DNA from: Candidatus Nanopelagicales bacterium
GTDB taxonomy: Bacteria > Actinomycetota > Actinomycetes > S36-B12 > UBA10799
Length of the DNA stretch: 32,015 nucleotides
Direction of reading: 5' to 3'
NCBI GenBank assembly: GCA_025455985.1
Contig: JALOLM010000001.1
Location: forward strand, 1-32,015
In this document: positions 1 through 8,367 of the stretch, piece after piece
How the letters are laid out: each line of letters opens with the position of its first letter
Position numbering within the stretch: position 1 is the first letter of the stretch
The notes under the pieces: model-generated
What the model saw: only the letters and a program-made list of their open reading frames with translations
Databases searched by the model: none
Told to the model about the DNA's origin: nothing
Translations under genes and position numbers: made by a program

Positions 1-251
1 CGTGGGCGGCATCACGTTCCTTCTCTGGCGGGCACGGGTGAGGCGAGACGAGGCTGCGGCCGCTCCAGCAGCCTGATGTGCGGTAGCACCCCCGATGGCT
101 GGCCGCCTGCCAGAGGGTCCACAACGGTTGATGTCTGCTTCGGCGTCCGGCGCCGCCGAAAAGTGGCACCGGACGAGACCTGATTCAGGAATTTGCCATC
201 TTTGTGCGGATACCGTGTCCGGTTTTGGAGGGTATGGGTTGATATCGGTCA

Positions 252-292
252 CCGAAAGTGGGCAAAGTGCCCTGCCCCGTGCCCACTTTCGG
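252..292. terminator. Perfect 13-bp inverted repeat (CCGAAAGTGGGCA-N15-TGCCCACTTTCGG). Candidate terminator or RNA hairpin just downstream of the potC-like stop codon, in a convergent intergenic region.
   Basis: Read directly: arms at 252-264 and 280-292 are exact reverse complements with a 15-nt loop. It sits 40 nt beyond the minus-strand stop at 332. There is no U-tract on either side, which is common in high-GC actinobacteria. Confidence 0.4.
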
Positions 293-331
293 CGGCTGAA
301 AGCGAGGGGCGGCGAAGTGCCGAGAGCCATC

Positions 332-1132
332 TCAGACCGCGCTGCGGGCGGCATCCTCCGAGAGACGCTGCGCCAAGTAGATCGGGATGATCGAGATCAC
401 AACCAGGGCGGCAGCCACGACGTTGACGATCGGCGCCTGCTGCGGGCGGAAGAGGTTGTTGAAGATCCACAACGGCAGCGTCTGCACCCCGGGTCCGGCG
501 GTGAACGTCGTCACGATGATCTCGTCGAACGACAGCCCGAAGGCCAGCAGCGCCCCCGCCACCAGGGCGGCACGCATGTTGGGGAACACGACATGGCGGA
601 ATGTGAAGGACCGCGTGGCGCCGAGATCCATCGAGGCCTCAACGATGTCACCACCCAAGCGGCGCAGTCGCGCGGACACGTTGTTGAACACCACCACGAT
701 GCAGAAGGTCGCGTGAGCCACGACGAGTGTGAAGAACGTCAGCCCGCCCAGGAAGGAGGTGAACATCGTGTTCAGGGCCAGACCGGTGACGATGCCTGGC
801 AGCGCGATGGGCAGTACCACGAGCAACGAGATGGTGTTCTGACCGAAGAACTTCGTGCCCGACAGCGCGAAGGACACCAGGGTGCCCAGCACGAGAGCGA
901 TGAGTGTGGCGGCGGTGGCCACCAGGATCGAGGTCATCAGCGCGCTGCGCACGCCATCGTTGTCGATGGCCTTCGTCCACCATTCCAGCGTGAAGCCGGG
1001 AGGTGGCCAGGTGAAGGTGAGGCTGGTGTTGAACGAGTTGATCAGGATGATCAACAGTGGAATGTAGATCACGGAGAGCACCACGGCGAACACGGCGCCC
1101 AGCAGCCACTTCATCGGCTTGGTCATCGTCAT
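332..1132 (-). CDS. potC: ABC transporter permease, PotC/PotI-like (spermidine/putrescine-type importer)
   Basis: 266-aa ORF with multiple hydrophobic helices and an EAA-type loop (EASMDLGATRSFTFRHVVFP). It is the last gene of a four-gene minus-strand ABC operon and starts 10 nt after the upstream permease stop. Confidence 0.85.
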   Translation of the reverse strand: MTMTKPMKWLLGAVFAVVLSVIYIPLLIILINSFNTSLTFTWPPPGFTLEWWTKAIDNDGVRSALMTSILVATAATLIALVLGTLVSFALSGTKFFGQNTISLLVVLPIALPGIVTGLALNTMFTSFLGGLTFFTLVVAHATFCIVVVFNNVSARLRRLGGDIVEASMDLGATRSFTFRHVVFPNMRAALVAGALLAFGLSFDEIIVTTFTAGPGVQTLPLWIFNNLFRPQQAPIVNVVAAALVVISIIPIYLAQRLSEDAARSAV

Positions 1133-1142
1133 GGCAGTGGCC

Positions 1143-2012
1143 TCACAGGTTGTCCAGGGCGCCGGTGCGGCGCACAGCGGTCAAGTAACCGATCATGATG
1201 ATCACGGTCATGCTGGCCACGGCCGCAGCAAACGGCAGATCGGTCGAGAAACTCTGGTACACCACGTTGCCCAGCATCTGCGCCTTCCCACCGACCAGTT
1301 GCACGGTGATGTAGTCCCCGAGGCTCAGCGAGAAGGTGAAGATCGAGCCCGCGACCAGCGACGGGAAGACCATGGGCAGCAGCACCCTGCGGAAGGTCTT
1401 GGCCGACGAGGCGCCGAGGTCTGCCGACGCGTCGAGCAGGGACTGTGGGACATTCTGCATCCCCACGTACACCGGCAGGATCATGTACGGCAGCCATAGA
1501 TACGTCAGCACCACGACCACCGCGACCCATCCGAACCCGGGACTGAAGCCGAATGTCGACTCCAGGACTCCTCCCTCAGGGCTGAAGATGACCCGCCAGG
1601 CGTAGACCTTCACCAGGTACGAGGCCCACAGGGGAGTGAGCATGAGTGCGATCAGCAGGGGCTGCCAGCGCGGCGAGGCGACCCGGGCCATGAACAGTGA
1701 GATCGGCACGGCGAGGACCAAGCAGACCAGGGTCACAGCCACCGCCACCCCGAGCGTGCGTAGCGCGACGGTGATGTACGCGGGATCGGTGAACAGGCGC
1801 TGGAAGTTCTCTGTGGTGAACGCCCGGACCAACTCGCCGGTGAATGAATCGGTGGTCCAAAAGGCGGTCACAAAGAGCATCGCCAACGGAAGGATGTACA
1901 GCAGGACCAGCCACGACATCGGCAGGGCGAGCAGACCCGCGATCCGCATGCCGCCATGCCTGTGCAGATAGCCCTGCCAACGGCGCACTGGGCTACTCGC
2001 CACGGAACTCAC
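1143..2012 (-). CDS. potB: ABC transporter permease, PotB/PotH-like
   Basis: 289-aa polytopic ORF with an EAA loop (DASADLGASSAKTFRRVLLP). GTG start at 2012 is preceded by a GAGGAG Shine-Dalgarno (plus-strand CTCCTC at 2018-2023) with 5-nt spacing. Confidence 0.85.
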   Translation of the reverse strand: MSSVASSPVRRWQGYLHRHGGMRIAGLLALPMSWLVLLYILPLAMLFVTAFWTTDSFTGELVRAFTTENFQRLFTDPAYITVALRTLGVAVAVTLVCLVLAVPISLFMARVASPRWQPLLIALMLTPLWASYLVKVYAWRVIFSPEGGVLESTFGFSPGFGWVAVVVVLTYLWLPYMILPVYVGMQNVPQSLLDASADLGASSAKTFRRVLLPMVFPSLVAGSIFTFSLSLGDYITVQLVGGKAQMLGNVVYQSFSTDLPFAAAVASMTVIIMIGYLTAVRRTGALDNL

Positions 2013-2037
2013 GGTCTCTCCTCGTGTTGTAGGGAAC

Positions 2038-2075
2038 CGTGCGTGCCGGCGATCACTGCACCGCCGGCACGCACG
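2038..2075 (-). promoter_or_regulatory. Intra-operon stem-loop (14-bp perfect stem, 10-nt loop) between the binding-protein gene and the first permease gene
   Basis: CGTGCGTGCCGGCG (2038-2051) and CGCCGGCACGCACG (2062-2075) are exact reverse complements. On the minus-strand mRNA the hairpin lies 9 nt after the binding-protein stop codon and 14 nt upstream of the potB Shine-Dalgarno. Confidence 0.5.
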
Positions 2076-2084
2076 ATTTTCAAC

Positions 2085-3284
2085 TCAGCTGGAACGCAGG
2101 CTGGTCCAGCTCGCCACCCAGTCCTTGTAGGGAACGCAGGTGACGTCGGTCCGGCCGTCGAGGCACTGCTCGGTCGGCGTCGTCCAGTAGTAGACGTTCG
2201 TCCAGTAGTCCTCGGTGTCGGCGTGGAACTGGGCGCAGTGGTCCTCGTTCTCGGTCAGTGCGCAGGACTTCTCGTTGGCCGGGGCCTCCCCGAAGTACTC
2301 CGCGATCTGGGCGTTGACCTCCGGCGACACGATGTAGTCCAACCACAGGTAGGAGCAGTTGACGTTCGCGGTGTCCTTGGCCACCATCCAGGTGTCCGAC
2401 CAGCCGGTCGCACCCTCGGTGGGCTTGGTCGCACCAACGAGTTCGTCATCGGCGTTGGCGGTGTTCGCTGTCAGCTGCCATCCCTGACCCTGAACGATCG
2501 AGCCGGTCGCCAGGCCGTTGGCCTGCTTGGCGTAGTCCGCCCAGTACTCGCCCACCAGCGGCTTCTGCTGCTCGAGCAGTGCGATGGCCGCGTCGAATTG
2601 GGTCTGGTCCAGCGAGTAGGGGTTGGTGATCCCCAGGTCGGGCTGGGTGGCCATCAGGTAGACCGCCGCGTCAGCGATGTAGATCGCGTCGTCGTAGGGG
2701 GCCACCTTGCCGGCCAGCGGTGAGTCGGCCTCCCACATGTCCTTCCAGGACGTGGGCTCCTCAGTCTGGGCTTCCATGTTGTACAGAAGCAGGTTGGCGC
2801 CGCGTCCGTGCGGGATGCCGTAGTTCACACCATCGACGGTGTTCCACTGCTTGTCCTTGAGGCCGGGGAAGATGTCGGCGTAGTTGGGCACCAGTGATGT
2901 GTTCACCGGCTGCACCAAGTCGCCGTAGACCAGGCGCAGCGAGGCGTCTCCGGAGGCGGAGACGACGTCGTAGCCGCCCTTCTTGAACAGGTCGAACGCC
3001 TCGTTGGAGGTACCGAACGTCTTGACGTCGACCTGGCAGCCGGTCTGCTCCTCGAATGGAGTGACCCAGTCGATCGCGGGGTCCGTGGAGCCGTCCTCGG
3101 CATATCCCGGCCATGCCAGGACACTGAGCTGGCCCTCGCCCTCACCAACCGGTCCCGCGAAAGCCGACGCTTCGGGAGCCGCGGGCGATGACTCACTGGA
3201 ACTCCCGCTGTCTGAGCTGCACCCGGCAAGGGCCAGCCCGGCGACGGTCAAACCGGCGCCTATCTTCAACCATCTACTTCTCAC
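2085..3284 (-). CDS. potD: ABC transporter substrate-binding lipoprotein, PotD/PotF family (polyamine-type)
   Basis: 399-aa ORF. The N-terminal signal has a lipobox (LALAGC|SSD) followed by a Ser/Gly-rich linker. GTG start at 3284 has an AGGAGG Shine-Dalgarno (plus CCTCCT at 3291-3296, 6-nt spacing). It lies between the ATPase and permease genes. Confidence 0.8.
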   Translation of the reverse strand: MRSRWLKIGAGLTVAGLALAGCSSDSGSSSESSPAAPEASAFAGPVGEGEGQLSVLAWPGYAEDGSTDPAIDWVTPFEEQTGCQVDVKTFGTSNEAFDLFKKGGYDVVSASGDASLRLVYGDLVQPVNTSLVPNYADIFPGLKDKQWNTVDGVNYGIPHGRGANLLLYNMEAQTEEPTSWKDMWEADSPLAGKVAPYDDAIYIADAAVYLMATQPDLGITNPYSLDQTQFDAAIALLEQQKPLVGEYWADYAKQANGLATGSIVQGQGWQLTANTANADDELVGATKPTEGATGWSDTWMVAKDTANVNCSYLWLDYIVSPEVNAQIAEYFGEAPANEKSCALTENEDHCAQFHADTEDYWTNVYYWTTPTEQCLDGRTDVTCVPYKDWVASWTSLRSS

Positions 3285-3330
3285 TGCTTTCCTCCTGCGT
3301 TGTTGGATTGCCGTCGGTGTTTCCGAACGG

Positions 3331-4395
3331 TCATGTGGCTTGGTGTGCCGTCTGGGTCACGGGGTATGCGCTGGCCTCGTCCCACAAAACGGTGACTGGG
3401 GCACCCACCGCGGCGACGTCGGCGGCGTTCTCGCGGTTGGGGACCTGCACGAGCAGGGTGTCGCCCTCCTGCGTGCTGACCGTGTACCGGGTCCCGGCAC
3501 CGAGGTACACCACGTTGGCCACGGTCCCGGTTGCGCTGCGCTCGCCAGGCCCGGCCGGCGTCCCCGAGGCCCGGATGTGCAACTTCTCGGGACGCAGACT
3601 GAACATCCCGGCGTGCCCGAGCAGGCGTTGCGCGGTGTCGTCGCGCAGCAGGTTGGTCGTGCCCACGAAGCCCGCGACGAATTCGGTGGCGGGGTTCTCG
3701 TATATCTGTGCCGGAGTGCCGATCTGCTCGATCTCGCCGGCGTTGAAGACCGCGACCCGGTCGGACATCGTCAGCGCCTCCTCCTGGTCGTGGGTCACGA
3801 AGATGAAGGTGATCCCGACCTCGCGCTGGATGGCTTTGAGTTCGATCTGCATCTGCTCGCGCAGTTTGAGGTCGAGTGCGCCGAGCGGCTCGTCCAGCAG
3901 CAGTACCCGCGGGTGGTTGACCAGGGCTCGTGCCAATGCGACTCGCTGCCGCTGTCCGCCGGACAGCTGTTTGGGACGCCGATCGGCATAACTGTCCAGT
4001 CGCACACTGGCCAGCGCTGCCGTGGCCCGCTCACGGCGCTGCGCCTTCGGCACCTTCTTGACCTTGAGGCCGTACTCGACGTTCTCCAGCACGGACATGT
4101 GCGGGAACAGCGCGTAGTCCTGGAAGACGGTGTTCACATCCCGGTCGAAGGGCGGGACTTGGGAGACGTCGACACCGCCGAGGTGGATCGTACCCGCGGT
4201 CGGGAGTTCGAAGCCGGCGATCATGCGCAGGACGGTGGTCTTGCCCGAACCCGAGGGCCCGAGCAGCGTCAGGAACTCGCCGTCATAGACATCGAGGTTG
4301 ACGTCGTGGACCGCCACGACGCCTCCGGGGAACTCCTTGCGGATACCGCGGATGCTGATCGCGACGTTCGGGGTCTGCTGGTCGGGCATTGGCAC
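3331..4395 (-). CDS. potA: ABC transporter ATP-binding protein, PotA-like
   Basis: Walker A GPSGSGKT, signature LSGGQRQR, Walker B LLLDEP, H-loop VTHD, and the PotA-typical ALDLKLR. The ORF opens with GTG at 4395, but ATG at 4389 has a better-spaced GGAAG Shine-Dalgarno, so 4389 is the more likely start. Confidence 0.9.
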   Translation of the reverse strand: MPMPDQQTPNVAISIRGIRKEFPGGVVAVHDVNLDVYDGEFLTLLGPSGSGKTTVLRMIAGFELPTAGTIHLGGVDVSQVPPFDRDVNTVFQDYALFPHMSVLENVEYGLKVKKVPKAQRRERATAALASVRLDSYADRRPKQLSGGQRQRVALARALVNHPRVLLLDEPLGALDLKLREQMQIELKAIQREVGITFIFVTHDQEEALTMSDRVAVFNAGEIEQIGTPAQIYENPATEFVAGFVGTTNLLRDDTAQRLLGHAGMFSLRPEKLHIRASGTPAGPGERSATGTVANVVYLGAGTRYTVSTQEGDTLLVQVPNRENAADVAAVGAPVTVLWDEASAYPVTQTAHQAT

Positions 4396-4522
4396 ACTTC
4401 CGGGTGGGCTTGTTTGGATCGGGTTAAGAAAGACTAACCTACGGTTTCCGAATTGTGACGGGAGAGTGAACGATCAAATGGTGTTTTGCTCAGCACCCGC
4501 GGAGCGGATTCCGCAATACGGA

Positions 4523-5170
4523 TCAGCCGTCCCATGCCTTGTTGAGAACCCCGGTCATCACCTCGGGCGGCTGGGCGCCGGAGACCCCATAAGTCTGGTC
4601 GAAAACGAAGAACGGCACGGCCGTGATCCCGTACACCTGGGCCTGGGCGATGTCCTGCGCCACGGCGTCGCGATACTGCGACCCGGCCAGGACCTCGCGC
4701 AAGCGGTCGGCGGGCACCCCGGCCTCCACCCCGAGTTCGACCAGCGAATCGTGATCGAACACCGAACGCCTCTCCGTGAAATGCCCAGCGAAGATCCGCT
4801 CGACCATGGCCGGTTGGGCGTCCAACTCCGAGGCCAGATGCAGCACTCGATGGGCGTCGAGAGTCTGACCCGTGAGGGAGTCTTCCAAGTCGTAGTCCAG
4901 CCCTGCCCGGGCAGCGACGGTGGTCACTTGGCGCATCATTGACATCGCCTGCTCGCGCCCACCCCCGTAGCGCTGTGCGAGGTAGTCAACGGCGGGTGTG
5001 GGTTGGTCTGGCGCGGACGGATCGAGCTGGAACGAACGGAACACGACCTGCGTGTCGTCGCGGTGCTCGAAGCCAGCGAGTGCGGCGTCGAGGTTGCGCT
5101 TGCCGATGTAACACCAAGGGCACACGACATCCGACCAGATCTCGATTCTCACCCCCCGATCAAACACCAC
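4523..5170 (-). CDS. DsbA-family thiol:disulfide oxidoreductase (FrnE-like)
   Basis: Thioredoxin-fold CPWC motif near the N-terminus (IEIWSDVVCPWCYIGKR), ~210 aa, no signal peptide. The true start may be the in-frame GTG at 5152 (VRIEIW...). Confidence 0.8.
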   Translation of the reverse strand: MVFDRGVRIEIWSDVVCPWCYIGKRNLDAALAGFEHRDDTQVVFRSFQLDPSAPDQPTPAVDYLAQRYGGGREQAMSMMRQVTTVAARAGLDYDLEDSLTGQTLDAHRVLHLASELDAQPAMVERIFAGHFTERRSVFDHDSLVELGVEAGVPADRLREVLAGSQYRDAVAQDIAQAQVYGITAVPFFVFDQTYGVSGAQPPEVMTGVLNKAWDG

Positions 5171-5313
5171 GAAGCTTCTGGTGTGGTGGGTTTTGTCCGA
5201 ATCGGCGCGACGCGTCCAACACCGCGGCCTGCTGGGGAGGATCGGACGCGAAACTGCCCGCTCACTCGACGCAGTTTCGGCGGTGGTGATGTTCCCCAGA
5301 TACCCACAAAACG

Positions 5314-5319
5314 GATAAT
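5314..5319 (+). promoter_or_regulatory. Candidate -10 element (GATAAT) for the SGNH hydrolase gene
   Basis: GATAAT lies in an AT-richer patch about 27 nt upstream of ATG 5346. A GGAGG Shine-Dalgarno sits at 5333-5337. No convincing -35 element was seen. Confidence 0.3.
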
Positions 5320-5345
5320 CTATGCCCGATGCGGAGGGTGCGCTG

Positions 5346-6104
5346 ATGGTTTGGAGACGCTACGTGGCGGTGGGGGACTCCTTCACCGAAGGGATCGGGG
5401 ATCCACGCCCGGATGGCCGGGAGCGCGGCTGGGCTGACCGGGTCGCGGAGACGCTAGCGGACGCCGATCCGCAGTTCCGATACGCCAACCTGGCGATCCG
5501 GGGAAGGCGACTGGCCCAAATCGTCGACGAGCAGGTTCCACGGGCTACTGCTCTGCAACCCGATCTGGTGAGTTTCGCCGGTGGGGTGAACGACGCCCTG
5601 CGCCGGCATTGGGACCTGGCTTCGATGGCGTCCGCTTTGGAGTCGGGGATTGCCGGTCTGCGGGCGTGCGCCGCCGAGGTGGTCATCGTCACCTATGGCC
5701 GGCCTTCGAATCGGTCGCGGCTCATGAGTCCGGTCGAAGGTCGCCTGGCTGAATACCGCGAGGTGACCTATGACGTCGCCGACCGTTACGGCTGCTGGGT
5801 CGTGGACTTCTGGGACGCCTCGGTCTTCGACGACCCGCGGTTCTGGTCAGCCGATCGACTGCACCTCAACGAGGTCGGCCACCAGCGGGTCGCGTTGGCG
5901 GTGCTTGACGGGCTGGGGATGCAAGCCCGGCCGTGGAACGCGCCCTTGCCGCCGGTGCGGCCGTTGTCCCCGGCGGTCAAGATCCGCCGGGACGTGGTCT
6001 GGGCGGGCAAACATCTGGCGCCGTGGATCGGTCGCAGGATGACCGGGCGCAGTTCAGGTGACGGCGTCACGCCCAAGCGTCCGGACTTGTCGCCGGTTCA
6101 GTAA
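5346..6104 (+). CDS. SGNH/GDSL-family hydrolase (lipase/esterase-like)
   Basis: Block I motif VAVGDSFTEG sits immediately after the start, followed by GGVND and a late D..H (DRLHLN). ATG 5346 has a GGAGG Shine-Dalgarno 8 nt upstream. The ORF track begins at ATG 5322, which has no Shine-Dalgarno. Confidence 0.8.
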   Translation: MVWRRYVAVGDSFTEGIGDPRPDGRERGWADRVAETLADADPQFRYANLAIRGRRLAQIVDEQVPRATALQPDLVSFAGGVNDALRRHWDLASMASALESGIAGLRACAAEVVIVTYGRPSNRSRLMSPVEGRLAEYREVTYDVADRYGCWVVDFWDASVFDDPRFWSADRLHLNEVGHQRVALAVLDGLGMQARPWNAPLPPVRPLSPAVKIRRDVVWAGKHLAPWIGRRMTGRSSGDGVTPKRPDLSPVQ

Positions 6105-6847
6105 TTGAGTCCGTACAGCAAGGCCGCTGCCACGGCGCCGAGGATGGGGCCAACAATCGGCACCCACGCATAGCCCCAGTCGATCTTCTCCTTGCCATGC
6201 AGCGGTAGTAGGGCGTAGGCGATCCGGGGTCCGAGATCGCGTGCCGGATTGATGGCGTAGCCCGTCGCGCCGCCGAGTCCCGCGCCGATGGCGATCACCG
6301 CGAACGCGACACCGGCGTACCCGAGGCCGATGTTTCCCAAGTTCGGGGCCTCCCCCTCCACCGAGGGCTGCCATGGTGCTTGTTGGATGATCCAGTACAC
6401 CAGCACGAACGTGGCGACCGCTTCGCTGACCGTGTTCCACCCGAGGGAACGCACTCCGGGTTTGGTGTAGAAGATGCTGCCTGTGGTGTGTACCTCGTCG
6501 TGGTCGTCGAACTGCTTCTTGTACACGATGTAGACCAGCAAGCCGCCGACCAGGGCCCCGGCGAACTCCCCGAGGAAATAATAGGGCGTAGCCGACCATG
6601 CGACGTTGCCGGTCATCGCCAGGGCCACGGTGACCGCCGGATTCAGATGTGCGCCCGATTCCCACGCCACGCTGGCACCCACGAAGACCGCCATACCCCA
6701 GCCGAACGCGGTGAGCATCCAGTTCCCGGCGCCGAAGCCCAGGCTCTTGTTCAGCGAACCCAGCGCCCCGATGCCGCACCCGATCAGGACCAGGATCGCG
6801 GTACCGATGAACTCGTTGGCAGTGATGGACTGCAATGAAGACACCAT
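6098..6847 (-). CDS. glpF: MIP-family channel, aquaglyceroporin (GlpF-like)
   Basis: Two NPA boxes (HLNPAVT and INPARDLGPR), six hydrophobic helices, 249 aa. The NPARD context is GlpF-like rather than AqpZ-like. Confidence 0.85.
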   Translation of the reverse strand: MVSSLQSITANEFIGTAILVLIGCGIGALGSLNKSLGFGAGNWMLTAFGWGMAVFVGASVAWESGAHLNPAVTVALAMTGNVAWSATPYYFLGEFAGALVGGLLVYIVYKKQFDDHDEVHTTGSIFYTKPGVRSLGWNTVSEAVATFVLVYWIIQQAPWQPSVEGEAPNLGNIGLGYAGVAFAVIAIGAGLGGATGYAINPARDLGPRIAYALLPLHGKEKIDWGYAWVPIVGPILGAVAAALLYGLNY

Positions 6848-6886
6848 GGGGGTTTTTGTACCAGCCGTCGGCCCCCGATGGCGCGA

Positions 6887-7579
6887 TCAGTTGATCAGAT
6901 TGATGGCCCGGCTGACGGTCACCAGGATGGTGAGCAACGACACGGTGGACTGGATCGTGAACAGCATCTTCGCACGGTGACTCAGGGGCATGGTGTCGGT
7001 GGGGGAGAAGGCGATGATGTTGGTGTACGCGGTGAACAGGTAGTCGGGCAGCGTCGGCGACCACTTCATTCCCGCCGCCTGCTGGGGGAACTGGAAGTCC
7101 CAGTCGCTGACCTCACCGGCGGCCCGGACCGTCGGTCCACCTCCGTCGGTCCACCAGTAGACGATGCCGAAACTCAGCACGTTGATGGCCAGCACACCAA
7201 AGCCGGCGAAGAGCAGAATCGCTCCGTCCTCTTCTGCGCCATTGAGCATGTCGATCAGCAGCAGGCTGGCATTGAGGACACTGGCCATCACCAGGAAGCC
7301 CAAGTAGACGCTCACACTTCGCCGGATGACGGTGTTGTCCATCCCGGAGGCCTGAAGGATCACGATGGCTGCCGGAGCGCCGATCACCTCGATAGCCGGA
7401 ATCAGCCACTTGGCGCCGAGTGTGACCTCGTCGGGCAGAAGCATCTGGATCGTGGCGATGGCCAGCACGACCAGCGCCACCTGGTAGGCGGTGGAGCGGG
7501 AGATCGGGCTGTCGGACACGGGCGTCAACGTACCGGGTGCTGAGGCTGCATTGCCTGACTGCGACGCAACGGGTTCCAT
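6887..7579 (-). CDS. DUF1345-family integral membrane protein
   Basis: 230-aa polytopic ORF with YWWTDGGGP and DFQFPQ segments that I recall as typical of DUF1345. The assignment is from memory only. Confidence 0.55.
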   Translation of the reverse strand: MEPVASQSGNAASAPGTLTPVSDSPISRSTAYQVALVVLAIATIQMLLPDEVTLGAKWLIPAIEVIGAPAAIVILQASGMDNTVIRRSVSVYLGFLVMASVLNASLLLIDMLNGAEEDGAILLFAGFGVLAINVLSFGIVYWWTDGGGPTVRAAGEVSDWDFQFPQQAAGMKWSPTLPDYLFTAYTNIIAFSPTDTMPLSHRAKMLFTIQSTVSLLTILVTVSRAINLIN

Positions 7580-7613
7580 GTCCTCGAATCGTCATGGTTC
7601 CGCGACGCCTTGA

Positions 7614-7649
7614 GGGGGCGGCCAGGTGCTGCGACGGTTGGCCGCCCCC
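7614..7649. repeat. GC-rich perfect 11-bp inverted repeat (GGGGGCGGCCA-N14-TGGCCGCCCCC) in a divergent intergenic region
   Basis: Arms at 7614-7624 and 7639-7649 are exact reverse complements. It lies between the DUF1345 start (7579, minus) and the L,D-transpeptidase-like ORF (7682 or later, plus). Confidence 0.35.
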
Positions 7650-7681
7650 GAAACGCGCGACGATGATCACGAGGTTGGAGG

Positions 7682-8350
7682 TTGTCCACGAGGGTGGAGG
7701 TCCCGCTTGTGAAGAGTCGGCCTCCCACACGACGCCGGACGTACACTGGCACCGTGCTGGCCGCTGATACGCCGCCCATGCCGTGTGAATTGCCGCTCGG
7801 TGCGGTTCACCGGGTCGATCCCGGACGTCACCAGCAGGTGATCATTGCGATGGGTCGCAGCAAGCGGTCCAGTTACACCCGGGTGTCGCGCTGGCAGTTC
7901 GATGGAGCCTGCTGGGTCAAGGTCGGCAGCACCCCCGCGCGCAACGGAGCGCGAGGGTGGCACCGGCGTCCGTGGGACTACAGCTACCTGTCGCCGATAG
8001 GTACCTTCGGGCTCACCGACGCCGGTGGTCATCTGCCCAAGCCCCGCGGCACGGGCTTGCCCTACGACCACGACCGCTCAGGCTTCACCGGCCCGCCGGG
8101 CCGGGCATGGGTGTTCGACTATGTGGTCGCGATCAACTTCAACCGGGTGCCGGGTCGCAGTCCGTTGAACCTGTACCGGCCCAACCCCAAGATCAATGAC
8201 GGCGGGATCTGGTTGCATGTCTCTGGCCCGGCTGCCACCCGGGGATGCATCTCGATCAGCCGCCGCCAGATGCGTAAGACGCTGCGGTGGCTCGACCCCG
8301 CCGACCGGCCGGTGATGGTGATGGGACCGCGTTCAGTGCTCAGTCGGTGA
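7682..8350 (+). CDS. L,D-transpeptidase catalytic-domain (YkuD-fold) family protein
   Basis: C-terminal active-site-like motif IWLHVSGPAATRGCISI (His ... S/T-x-G-C-I). No signal peptide is evident. The start is uncertain: TTG at 7682 in the ORF track, or ATG at 7778 (MPCELPLG...). Confidence 0.5.
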   Translation: MSTRVEVPLVKSRPPTRRRTYTGTVLAADTPPMPCELPLGAVHRVDPGRHQQVIIAMGRSKRSSYTRVSRWQFDGACWVKVGSTPARNGARGWHRRPWDYSYLSPIGTFGLTDAGGHLPKPRGTGLPYDHDRSGFTGPPGRAWVFDYVVAINFNRVPGRSPLNLYRPNPKINDGGIWLHVSGPAATRGCISISRRQMRKTLRWLDPADRPVMVMGPRSVLSR

Positions 8351-8367
8351 AGCGCAATGGCCGCGCC

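Noticed and set aside
1-76. Possible 3' end of a plus-strand CDS (...GGITFLLWRARVRRDEAAAAPAAA*) entering from the left edge.
   Set aside because: Only 24 codons are visible and there is no motif. The frame cannot be distinguished from chance, so it is not reported as a feature.
95-1198. 367-aa plus-strand ORF rich in Arg/Gly/His/Asp.
   Set aside because: It lies entirely antisense to the well-supported PotC-like permease. Its composition is low-complexity (R/G/H/D/E-rich) with no recognisable motif. This is the typical stop-codon-poor antisense frame of a high-GC genome.
2983-4437. 484-aa plus-strand ORF.
   Set aside because: It is antisense to the binding-protein 5' end and the whole PotA ATPase gene, which carries unambiguous Walker and signature motifs. 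The product has no motifs and an Arg/Gly/Val-rich composition.
6054-7064. 336-aa minus-strand ORF.
   Set aside because: It overlaps the GlpF gene in another frame, and GlpF has two NPA boxes. The product is an Arg/Gly/His-rich low-complexity sequence and reads through the glpF/DUF1345 spacer.
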